Shown here: piece after piece, positions 29,569 through 38,266 of the stretch
Numbering within the stretch: the first letter of the stretch is position 1
Layout of the letters: every line of letters begins with the position of its first letter
Source of the DNA: Nitrospira japonica
Lineage (GTDB): Bacteria > Nitrospirota > Thermodesulfovibrionia > Thermodesulfovibrionales > SM23-35
Direction of reading: 5' to 3'
Assembly (NCBI GenBank): GCA_020725385.1
Contig: DYFC01000034.1
Span: 88,007-152,006 of the forward strand
Length of the DNA: 64,000 nt
The notes under the pieces: model-generated
Databases searched by the model: none
What the model saw: only the letters and a program-made list of their open reading frames with translations
What the model was told of the DNA's origin: nothing
Position numbers and translations under genes: made by a program

Positions 29569-31335
29569 ATGGTACCTAAGTGGGTTGAAAAAAGGTATAA
29601 GGAGCTATGGAATTCATATAAAGATTCTCCTTTTCGCTTTGAAGATGCAGCAGATGTCCTCAGAAAGAAAATGAAAGATAGCGAAGAACAGGTAAATGTG
29701 ATTCTTTCTGAGTTAAGAAAAGGGGGATGGCTAAAGGTAGATTTTGATCCAGAAGATGCAAGAAAAAGAATATACACATTAAAAAGCAGTGAAGAAATCA
29801 TTACTCAGATACTTTCTATAAATAATAGCAAGCTAACCAGAAGTGACCTTGAAGGTCTATTAAAGAAAGCAGCCGATCTTATTAGAACACGTGTTGATTA
29901 TGCATTTATCCTTTTTCTTCTATTTTATAAAAGGATCAGTGATAAATGGGAAAATGAGTTTGAAAATGCTTATAAGGAAGCTATTGAAGATGGTCTGAAC
30001 GAAGAAGAAGCAAAGGAAGAAGCAAAAAATTCAATCTATCATGACTTCGATATTTCACAAGATCTTCTTTGGGAAAATATAAGAAAAGACCCTGCTCGAT
30101 TACCAGAAAATTTTTCAAAGGCTATGAAGATTCTGGCAGAAAGAAATCCTGAGTTAAAAGATGTTTTTGAAAATGTTGATTTTGTACAGTTCACTACAAA
30201 CAGGGAAAATGTTGAAATACTAAGACAGCTCGTTGAATTATTCAGTGCCAAGCCGCTACATCACGTCTCTCCTGATATTCTTGGTGATGCATATGAATGG
30301 ATTTTACGCTACTTTGCTCCACAGAAAGCTAAAGAAGGAGAAGTTTATACACCCAGAGAAGTTATAAAACTCATTGTTGAAATACTTAGCCCCCGACCAG
30401 GTGAAAGCGTTTATGACCCTGCACTCGGATCATCAGGCATGTTAATAGCTTCATATAAATATGTAAAGGATGAAAAAGGGAAAAGCGAGGCTGATAAGCT
30501 TTTTCTTTTTGGTCAGGAAGCCAATCATAAGACCCTTGCGTTGTCGGAAATGAATCTTTTTATCCATGACATAAGAAATGCTCAGATCGCGCTTGGCGAC
30601 ACCTTGCTTTATCCGAAATTTAAGGAGGGGGAAGGAATCAAGACCTTTGATGTTGTTATTGCTAATCCACCATGGAATCAGGATGGATATGCAGAGGAGA
30701 CTTTGAAAAAAGCAGAGTTCTGGAGGGAGAGGTTTAATAAATACGGGTTCCCGCCAAATCAATCAGCAGACTGGGCATGGATAGAGCATATGCTGTCATC
30801 TGCAAACAATAGAAATGGAAGGGTTGGTGTTGTTATTGACAATGGCTGTCTTTTCAGAAGCGGAAAGGAAAAGGCAATAAGAACAGGAATCGTCAAAGAT
30901 GATCTTATAGACACTGTTATCCTTCTACCTGAAAAGCTTTTTTATAACACGGGTGCACCAGGAGCAATTATCATTCTTAACAAAAACAAACAAAAAGAAA
31001 GAAAAGGAACGATTTTATTTATAAATGCAAGTAAAGAATATGAACAACATCCAGAGGTCAGAAAGCTAAATCGCTTAGGTGATGAGCATATCAATAAAAT
31101 TGTGAAAGCATACAGAGAATTCACTAATATTGACGGTTTCTCTATGGTTGTAGCGCACGAGAAGATAAAAGAAAATGACTATAATCTGAATGTTACCCTT
31201 TATGTTTTTCCTGAGGAAGAAACTGAAGAGATAGATATAGAGAAAGAGTGGGAGGAAGCGCATAAGATCGAAAAAGAGCTAAAGGAGATCGAGAAAAAAA
31301 TTGAAGACTATCTCCTTGAATTAAAGGAAGGCTGA
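29569..31335 (+). CDS. hsdM: Type I R-M methyltransferase subunit with N-terminal winged-helix extension
   Basis: LGDAYE, GEVYTPREV, YDPALGSSG, NPPW. Confidence 0.93.
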   Translation: MVPKWVEKRYKELWNSYKDSPFRFEDAADVLRKKMKDSEEQVNVILSELRKGGWLKVDFDPEDARKRIYTLKSSEEIITQILSINNSKLTRSDLEGLLKKAADLIRTRVDYAFILFLLFYKRISDKWENEFENAYKEAIEDGLNEEEAKEEAKNSIYHDFDISQDLLWENIRKDPARLPENFSKAMKILAERNPELKDVFENVDFVQFTTNRENVEILRQLVELFSAKPLHHVSPDILGDAYEWILRYFAPQKAKEGEVYTPREVIKLIVEILSPRPGESVYDPALGSSGMLIASYKYVKDEKGKSEADKLFLFGQEANHKTLALSEMNLFIHDIRNAQIALGDTLLYPKFKEGEGIKTFDVVIANPPWNQDGYAEETLKKAEFWRERFNKYGFPPNQSADWAWIEHMLSSANNRNGRVGVVIDNGCLFRSGKEKAIRTGIVKDDLIDTVILLPEKLFYNTGAPGAIIILNKNKQKERKGTILFINASKEYEQHPEVRKLNRLGDEHINKIVKAYREFTNIDGFSMVVAHEKIKENDYNLNVTLYVFPEEETEEIDIEKEWEEAHKIEKELKEIEKKIEDYLLELKEG

Positions 31336-31337
31336 TA

Positions 31338-32375
31338 ATGTTTAAGCCCAATTTTCACTATACAGATAAAATCGTTAATGATCTTACCCAAATCGCTGTT
31401 GCCAGAGAAGTCATTTTAAATTCTCCCTTCATTCCAAAATGGGAAGTCTCTCTTAGGAGAGAAGCGATAATCAGGAGTGCTCACTCATCTACAGCGATTG
31501 AAGGAAACAGACTTTCACTTGAACAGGTTAGTGAACTGGCGCACGGACGCGAGGTAATGGCAACCCGGAAAGATAAACAAGAGGTCTTAAATTATCTTAG
31601 GGTTCTTGAATCCATTGACAAGTTGACTGACGGCAAAAAAATTACTGAAAAAGATGTTTTAAAGGCTCATAAAATGATAACACAAGATACCCTTGAGGAT
31701 CCTTCTGATTGCGGTGTCTATCGTAATCGTTACGTAATAGTCGGGAACAGATTGACTGGAGAGATTATTTTCAGGCCACCTTTGAATGAAGATGTCCCGA
31801 AATTGATGAAGGCATTGATTGAGTGGTTGAATTCTCCTGAAGCACAGGCTCTCGATCCTGTTATTGAGGCTGGTATAGCTCACTATGAATTTGTGAGAAT
31901 CCATCCTTTTGTAGATGGCAATGGCAGAACTGCCCGTGTTCTTGCCACTTTGATACTTTATCTGCGGGGCTTTGATACCAAACAATTCTTCTGTCTCGAT
32001 GACTACTACGATTCAGACAGACCATCGTATTATCGGGCTCTCCAGAGCATTGATCAGAAAACCCTCGACATAACTTCCTGGCTTGAATACTTTGTTACAG
32101 GTGTTAAACTGAGCATTGCTACTGTAAAGGAGAGAGTTATACGACTTAGCAGCGAAAGATTACGAAAAACCAAAAAGGGTCAGATTGCCTTGACTGAAAG
32201 ACAGATGAGAATTGTGGAGAAGATGATTCAGAACAATAAAGTCAGTATTAGTGATGTTGCAGAGATGTTCAAAATAACAAGGCAAGCTGCACTAAAAGAG
32301 ATGACCAAATTGTCGAAACAGGGGGTTGTACAACTCATTGGAAAAGGCCGAGGCGCTTACTATGAGCTGGTTTGA
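31338..32375 (+). CDS. Class II Fic-domain protein with C-terminal HTH
   Basis: HPFVDGNGRTAR catalytic motif; N-terminal STAIEGN autoinhibitory motif. Confidence 0.92.
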   Translation: MFKPNFHYTDKIVNDLTQIAVAREVILNSPFIPKWEVSLRREAIIRSAHSSTAIEGNRLSLEQVSELAHGREVMATRKDKQEVLNYLRVLESIDKLTDGKKITEKDVLKAHKMITQDTLEDPSDCGVYRNRYVIVGNRLTGEIIFRPPLNEDVPKLMKALIEWLNSPEAQALDPVIEAGIAHYEFVRIHPFVDGNGRTARVLATLILYLRGFDTKQFFCLDDYYDSDRPSYYRALQSIDQKTLDITSWLEYFVTGVKLSIATVKERVIRLSSERLRKTKKGQIALTERQMRIVEKMIQNNKVSISDVAEMFKITRQAALKEMTKLSKQGVVQLIGKGRGAYYELV

Positions 32376-32380
32376 AGATG

Positions 32381-32416
32381 GTTGTCATTTAAGTTGTCAT
32401 TTAGGTTGTCGATTAT
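32381..32416. repeat. Three 12-nt direct repeats (gttgtcatttaa-type)
   Basis: gttgtcatttaa / gttgtcatttag / gttgtcgattat immediately after the Fic stop. Confidence 0.8.
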
Positions 32417-32631
32417 ATACTTCCTTTGTGAAAGCTGGATTTCCCGATTGATTCGGGGAATGATAAGAGGGTGGGAACGCCGAAGAGTGTTTATTTACTT
32501 ATAACCTCCTTAGTAATGATTATAGAAGGTACACATTTAGTGGATGTCATTCAGAGTCCGCCAAAGGCAGACGAAGAATCTCGTACCTGTGCTTATTACA
32601 TGTGCGATAGTCGAGTCGCCCGAAATAAAAA

Positions 32632-32659
32632 GTATGGGCACGTTTCAACGTGCCCATAT
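32632..32659. repeat. REP-like palindrome
   Basis: gtatgggcacgtt-tc-aacgtgcccatat. Confidence 0.85.
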
Positions 32660-32664
32660 GTTGC

Positions 32665-33230
32665 ATGAATAAAATATATATAACCCAGCGATATACCATC
32701 GCTGTTCGATACGATTAAAAAATTATGATTATTCACATACAGGAGCATATTTTGTGACCATATGTTCATGGAACAGAGAATGTATGTTTGGAGATGTTGT
32801 GGATGGTGAAATGCGTTTAAATAAATATGGACAGATTGTGAAGAAAGAATGGTTACAGACAGGAGACATTCGCCAACTTGTGGAATTAGATGAATTTATT
32901 GTAATGCCTAATCATGTTCATGGGATTTTGGAAATAACCGATTATGGTAGGGGCACGTTGCAACGTGCCCCTACGAAAGAACATTTTGGCAAACCTGTAC
33001 CCAATTCATTACCTACAATTATTCGTTTATTTAAATCCGCATCAACAAAACAAATAAACATATTACGCAACACGCCTGGTTTTCCTGTCTGGCAACGGAA
33101 TTACTATGAACATATCATCCGCAATGAAGATGAATTAAACCGTATCCGAAAATACATCATAACTAATCCATTAAAATGGGATGAGGATGAAAATAATCCG
33201 ATAAATATTAAACATTATGGGGTTTTATAA
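32665..33230 (+). mobile_element. REP-associated HUH tyrosine transposase (RAYT, IS200-like), 5' frameshifted
   Basis: HRxSIRLKNYDYS...YFVTIC, MPNHVHGI (HUH), WQRNYYEHIIR, YIxxNP; ATG 32665 is 2 nt out of frame. Confidence 0.85.
32947..32974. repeat. GTAG-type REP, perfect 28-nt palindrome inside the RAYT ORF
   Basis: GTAGGGGCACGTTGCAACGTGCCCCTAC. Confidence 0.92.
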
Positions 33231-33247
33231 ACAAAATAAATAAAAAT

Positions 33248-34603
33248 ATGAAACTGCAAGAATTCAAACAAACAGAGATTGGAAGAATACCAAAAGAGTG
33301 GGAAGTGGTAAGGCTTGGTGATGTTATCACATATATTAAAGGCAAAAAGCCAGCAAAAATATTAGAAGAGTACAAAGAAAATTGTTTACCTTATCTATCA
33401 ACGGAATATTTGCGAAAAAATAAAACAACAACTTATGTGCCTATTTCAGGTGATGTAGTTTCTGTCAATGATGAGGATTTAATTTTGTTATGGGATGGTT
33501 CAAATGCTGGAGAAATCTTTTTAGGAAAAAGAGGGGTTCTCTCTTCAACTATGGTTAAATTTGAATTGAGAGAAAATAAATATATTCCTAACTTCTTATT
33601 TTATTTATTAAAAATAAAAGAAAACTGTTTAAAGGGACAAACAAAAGGAACGGGAATACCTCATGTTGATGGAAATGTTTTAAATGCTCTTCACCTCCCC
33701 CTTCCTCCTCTCCCTGAACAGAAAAAAATTGCTGAGATTCTTTCGACGGTTGATGAAGCAATACAGAAGGTAGATGAAGCCATAACGAAAACTGAAAGAT
33801 TGAAAAAGGGGTTGATGCAGGAATTATTAACAGGTAGACGAAGAGTAGTAGATAGCAGACAGCATATGGCATATAGTAGACAGCAAATAGTAGACAGCAT
33901 ACAGCATACGGTAGAAAGGGAAAAAACTGATACCCCCCAGTCTACAGTCTACTGTCTACAGTCTACTGAATACAAGGAAACCGAAATCGGAAGGATACCG
34001 AAGGAGTGGGAAGTAGTGAAGATCGGCGATATCGCCTTAGATTTTTTAGGTGGAGGTACGCCGTCTACCTCTAATCAAAGTTATTGGGATGGTGATATTG
34101 CATGGATGACAAGCGCTCATATAAATGATAGAAACGTAACAACGGGACAACGATATATTACGAAAGAGGGGTTAAGAAACAGTGCTGCCAATTTAGTTCC
34201 AAAGGATAATTTACTCATTGCGACAAGGGTTGGTATAGGCAAAGTTGCTGTAAATAAAGTTGATATTGCTATAAGTCAAGATTTAACAGGCGTGATTATT
34301 GATAAAACGAAAGCGATGAGCGATTTTTTATATTGGAACATTAGCACACAGGAAAGAAAATTAAAATCCTTAGCTCAAGGAAGTACTATAAAAGGTATTT
34401 TGAGAGAGGAGTTGGGGAAATTAAAGATCCCCCTTCCTCCTCTTCCCGAACAGAAAAAAATCGCTGAAATCTTAAGTACGGTTGATAGGAAAATAGAGTT
34501 GTTAAGAGAGAGGAAAAAAAGATTCGAAAGAATAAAAAAAGGTTTGATGAATGATTTGCTTACGGGAAGGAAGAGAGTCAAAACAGCATACAGTAGTCGG
34601 TAA
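33248..34603 (+). CDS. hsdS: Type I R-M specificity subunit with two TRDs
   Basis: Duplicated TEIGRIPKEWEVV and PLPPLPEQKKIAEILSTVD...KKGLM..LLTG blocks. Confidence 0.95.
   Translation: MKLQEFKQTEIGRIPKEWEVVRLGDVITYIKGKKPAKILEEYKENCLPYLSTEYLRKNKTTTYVPISGDVVSVNDEDLILLWDGSNAGEIFLGKRGVLSSTMVKFELRENKYIPNFLFYLLKIKENCLKGQTKGTGIPHVDGNVLNALHLPLPPLPEQKKIAEILSTVDEAIQKVDEAITKTERLKKGLMQELLTGRRRVVDSRQHMAYSRQQIVDSIQHTVEREKTDTPQSTVYCLQSTEYKETEIGRIPKEWEVVKIGDIALDFLGGGTPSTSNQSYWDGDIAWMTSAHINDRNVTTGQRYITKEGLRNSAANLVPKDNLLIATRVGIGKVAVNKVDIAISQDLTGVIIDKTKAMSDFLYWNISTQERKLKSLAQGSTIKGILREELGKLKIPLPPLPEQKKIAEILSTVDRKIELLRERKKRFERIKKGLMNDLLTGRKRVKTAYSSR
33846..33968. repeat. In-frame heptamer inverted-repeat element in the hsdS central region
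   Basis: 10 heptamers (tagtaga/cagcata type), spacer, then 4 heptamers cagtcta/ctgtcta; 123 nt. Confidence 0.9.
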
Positions 34604-34619
34604 CCAGGAGAAAACAAAT

Positions 34620-34994
34620 ATGCAAACATCAACAGGCAGACAGGGAAAAGCAAATAGGTTCGAAGATTTAGAGGTATGGAAGAAGTCTCATGAATTGGTG
34701 TTGAAAATTTATAAGATTACAAAAGAATTTCCTTCAGAAGAAAAATTTGGATTAGTGTCGCAGATGCGGCGGTCTGCTGTTTCTATCCCAGCAAATATTG
34801 CTGAGGGATTTAAGAAAAGAGGTCTCAAAGATAAATCAAATTTCTATAACATAGCGCAGGGTTCTCTTGAGGAGTTGAGATACTATTTAATTTTATCAAA
34901 AGATCTTGGATATTATGACAATAAAAAGGATTTTCATGAATTAATGGAAATAATTGGAAAAATGCTTTATGGACTGGTTAAAAGTATACAGTAA
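34620..34994 (+). CDS. Four-helix-bundle protein (23S rRNA IVS protein family)
   Basis: FEDLEVWKKSH...FPSEEKFGLVSQMRRSAVSIPANIAEG...IAQGSLEE; SD AGGAG before ATG 34620. Confidence 0.92.
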   Translation: MQTSTGRQGKANRFEDLEVWKKSHELVLKIYKITKEFPSEEKFGLVSQMRRSAVSIPANIAEGFKKRGLKDKSNFYNIAQGSLEELRYYLILSKDLGYYDNKKDFHELMEIIGKMLYGLVKSIQ

Positions 34995-35110
34995 ACAGCA
35001 TACAGTAGACAGCATACTGGGAGGCAGTAAAAACACGCAGCAAAAAGTAGATGGAGGAATAAATCAGTTTACAGTTTACAGTTTACCGTTTACTGTTTAC
35101 TATCTGCTAC
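34982..35110. repeat. Heptamer inverted-repeat hairpin after the four-helix-bundle gene
   Basis: cagtaaa cagcata cagtaga cagcata ... (cagttta)x3 ccgttta ctgttta ctatctg. Confidence 0.9.
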
Positions 35111-35119
35111 ATAAGAGAT

Positions 35120-38100
35120 ATGTCAAACTTTAGTGAAAAAACCCTTATCGAGGATTATATCCTTCAACGTTTGATTGAAAAAGGCTGGAAGTTTGTTCCT
35201 GCAGACAATCTTGAGCGGGACAGTTATAAGGAGCCTCTGCTTGTTCCAAATCTTTCGAGGGCAATTAGAAGAATCAATACAGCAAAAGGCACACGGCAAA
35301 CAACAGACAGGGAAAGTAAAGCCACTTTCAGTATACATTCTATTGTCTCCAGTTTACAACTCGGTGATGAAGAAATTAACAGGGCGTTGAATGAACTTAT
35401 GCTCACGGGTTCAGGCATTGAAGGTTCAAAAAAGATTTTAAGTTTCTACAAATTCGGTATCCCTGTAAAATTTGAAAAAGAGAGGGTTGTTAATTATATC
35501 CGCCTTTTTGATTTTAACGACATTAGTAACAACGAGTTTATTGTAACAAGGCAGGTCAATTATGACGGCAGGGAAAGGATAAGAACAGACTTAGTCCTCT
35601 ATATTAATGGTATTCCTCTTGTAAACATTGAATGTAAAAACCCTGCGAGCATTTCTGAAAACTGGTATAACGCATATAAACAGATCAAAGATTATGAAAA
35701 GATTGTTCCTGAACTCTATAAGTATATTCAAATTGGAGTTGCAGCTGAAAGTGTTGCCAAGTTCTTCCCTGTTGTTCCCTGGCAAGAGGAAGTCAAGATA
35801 AATGAATGGAAGGTTGATAATAAAGATTCTATGGATTCAATTATCGAGATGCTCTCACAAGACTCACTCCTCGATATTATAGAAAATTTTCTGTTCTTCA
35901 GGATAGAGCGCGGGGAAGCAACGAAAGTTGTAACACGTTATATGCAATATAGAGCAGCAAATAAAATAGTTAACAGAGTCAAAGAGTTTTTAGAGGCGAC
36001 AAGGTCAATAGGGTCAATAGAGTCAAAGGAGCAAGGATACGGCACTCTAGACTCTTTAGACCCTATGACTCTTAGACCTAAAAATAAAGGGCTTATCTGG
36101 CACTGGCAGGGAAGCGGTAAAACCCTCACTATGATATTTGCCGCAAATAAACTTTATTACTCAAATCTGCTTGAAAATCCAACGGTCTTTTTTATTGTTG
36201 ATAGAGTTGAAATAGAGGAACAGCTTTACAAAGAATTCTACTCGTTGGATATTGTTGAACCAGAAATTATCGGCTCAGTCTGGGAACTTAAGGAGATTCT
36301 TAAATATGATGACTATAGGGGCAAGAGGGGTATATTTATAATCTTAATTCATAAATTCAGACAGGAAGAACTGAGAGAGTTGCAAAAAGAGATTGAACAG
36401 GTTTCAGAACTCAAAGAAACCATAATGAACAGAAAAAATGTAATTGCTTTTGTGGATGAGGGACATAGGACACAATATGGAACTCTTGCAGCGCAAATGA
36501 AAGCCATGCTTAAGAACGCCTTTTTCTTCGCTTTTACTGGCACGCCTATATCAAAAACGGGAAGAGATACCTATATGGAATTCAGTTATCCTCCCGATGA
36601 ACTTTATCTTGATAGATATTTTATTACTGACTCGATTAAAGACAAGTTTACTGTCAAAATAGTTTATCAGCCACGACTTGAAAAGGAAGCTCATCTTAAA
36701 AAGGATATGTTGGAAGCCTTTTTAGAAGCGGAACTCGAAGAAATCCCTGAGGATATACGAGATGATATTCAAGACAAAGTCAAAAAAAGACTTAATGCAA
36801 TAAAGATATTCCTTGAAAATCCGCAAAGAATAAAAGTAATCGCTGAGGATATAGCAGCACATTTTAAAGAAAACATTGATGGCAAATTTAAGGCTATGGT
36901 TGTAGCAGGAAGCAGAAAAGCTTGCGAGCTTTACAGAAAGGAATTATATAAACATTTACCTGAGGAATACGTGCATACAATTATTACTCTCGGCAGAGAG
37001 GAAGAACCTTTACTGAAGGAAGCAGTGGCTGAAGCAAAGGCACAGTATGGGAAAGATATAGAAGATATAAGAAAAGAAACAATTGAAAAATATAAAGAAG
37101 AGGAATTCCCCAAAATATTGATTGTCACTGATATGTTGCTTACAGGTTTTGATGCTCCGATACTTCAGGTTATGTACCTTGACAAGCCTCTTAAGGAACA
37201 CAGACTTTTACAGGCAGTAGCGAGAACAAATAGACCATATAGTGATTTAAAAAATGCTGGGGTTGTGATTGATTATGTTGGTGTGTTGAAAGAATTCAAG
37301 AAAGCCCTTGAGATGTATAGCGAGAATGATATAAAAGGAGCGCTTTTTAGTTACGACGACATAAGAGAAGAATTTATCCTCTTAATTCAGGAGATTCTTG
37401 AGATATTGAAAGATGTGCCCAGGAATTACGAAAGAGGAACGTTACTCAAAGCTATAGAGATACTCACTTCCGATGAAGAAAAAGAGAAAGATTTTGTCGA
37501 GAAATATAAAAATCTAAGAAAGACTTTTGAATTGCTCGGACCTGATGAGATTAAACTTGAGTATTTTGAGGATTATAAATGGCTATCTTCTATTTACACT
37601 TATTACATAAAAGTAGTTGTTCAAAAACCTGTTTATGGAGACATCATCCAGAAATATTACGATAAAACCATAAGATTTATTCATAAGGCTACCGAGATAG
37701 ATACATTGGATAAAGACCTCCCTATAATTTCATTTGACAGCGATTATCTCGAGAAGTTAGAAGACAAAGTTAAAAATAAACAAGAAAAGGCAGCAAATAT
37801 TCTCTTTGCTCTTAATAGATTAGTGCTTGTGGAGAGACATCGCAATCCCATCTATGAATCATTGGTGGAAAAAGTGGAAAGACTACTTGAGTTATGGAAG
37901 GAAAAGACAAAAGATTATAAGAAGATTTACTTAGAAGGTACAAATATATTTAAGGATATTGCAACACTCTCTGAACGACAAAAATCTTTAGAATTTTCAG
38001 ATGCTGAATATGCAATGCTCCTTGAACTTGAGAAAAAGTTAGATGGTAAAGTTGAACTTATTAATGAAGTGAAGAAACTTTCAAAGCAATTAAAACAATA

Positions 38101-38266
38101 TATGTTTTCTGGATGGATCAATCAAACAACAGTAAAAAAAGAAGCAGAGCGTGAAATAAGAAAATTTGTCAGAGGGATAAAAGCAAAATATAATCTCACT
38201 TTTGATGAAATGAACGATTTGCATGATAAGTTAGTAGAAAGTGTTAAAAATTATGGAACTGCGTGA
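35120..38266 (+). CDS. hsdR: Type I R-M restriction subunit
   Basis: D..LYINGIPLVNIECK nuclease motif; WHWQGSGKT, DEGHR, FTGTP, LTGFDAP, QAVARTNR. Confidence 0.95.
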   Translation: MSNFSEKTLIEDYILQRLIEKGWKFVPADNLERDSYKEPLLVPNLSRAIRRINTAKGTRQTTDRESKATFSIHSIVSSLQLGDEEINRALNELMLTGSGIEGSKKILSFYKFGIPVKFEKERVVNYIRLFDFNDISNNEFIVTRQVNYDGRERIRTDLVLYINGIPLVNIECKNPASISENWYNAYKQIKDYEKIVPELYKYIQIGVAAESVAKFFPVVPWQEEVKINEWKVDNKDSMDSIIEMLSQDSLLDIIENFLFFRIERGEATKVVTRYMQYRAANKIVNRVKEFLEATRSIGSIESKEQGYGTLDSLDPMTLRPKNKGLIWHWQGSGKTLTMIFAANKLYYSNLLENPTVFFIVDRVEIEEQLYKEFYSLDIVEPEIIGSVWELKEILKYDDYRGKRGIFIILIHKFRQEELRELQKEIEQVSELKETIMNRKNVIAFVDEGHRTQYGTLAAQMKAMLKNAFFFAFTGTPISKTGRDTYMEFSYPPDELYLDRYFITDSIKDKFTVKIVYQPRLEKEAHLKKDMLEAFLEAELEEIPEDIRDDIQDKVKKRLNAIKIFLENPQRIKVIAEDIAAHFKENIDGKFKAMVVAGSRKACELYRKELYKHLPEEYVHTIITLGREEEPLLKEAVAEAKAQYGKDIEDIRKETIEKYKEEEFPKILIVTDMLLTGFDAPILQVMYLDKPLKEHRLLQAVARTNRPYSDLKNAGVVIDYVGVLKEFKKALEMYSENDIKGALFSYDDIREEFILLIQEILEILKDVPRNYERGTLLKAIEILTSDEEKEKDFVEKYKNLRKTFELLGPDEIKLEYFEDYKWLSSIYTYYIKVVVQKPVYGDIIQKYYDKTIRFIHKATEIDTLDKDLPIISFDSDYLEKLEDKVKNKQEKAANILFALNRLVLVERHRNPIYESLVEKVERLLELWKEKTKDYKKIYLEGTNIFKDIATLSERQKSLEFSDAEYAMLLELEKKLDGKVELINEVKKLSKQLKQYMFSGWINQTTVKKEAEREIRKFVRGIKAKYNLTFDEMNDLHDKLVESVKNYGTA

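Noticed and set aside
32471-32668. 65-aa ORF before the RAYT
   Set aside because: Runs through palindromic repeat remnants and has no protein features; probably spurious.
33696-34490. Invertible hsdS shufflon
   Set aside because: The conserved blocks are direct repeats within a single hsdS; no inverted silent hsdS copy or site-specific recombinase is present.
34620-35110. Diversity-generating retroelement (Avd-like gene plus repeats)
   Set aside because: No reverse transcriptase and no template/variable repeat pair differing at adenines in the window.
33846-35110. CRISPR array
   Set aside because: Units are 7-nt tandem repeats without unique spacers, and there are no cas genes.
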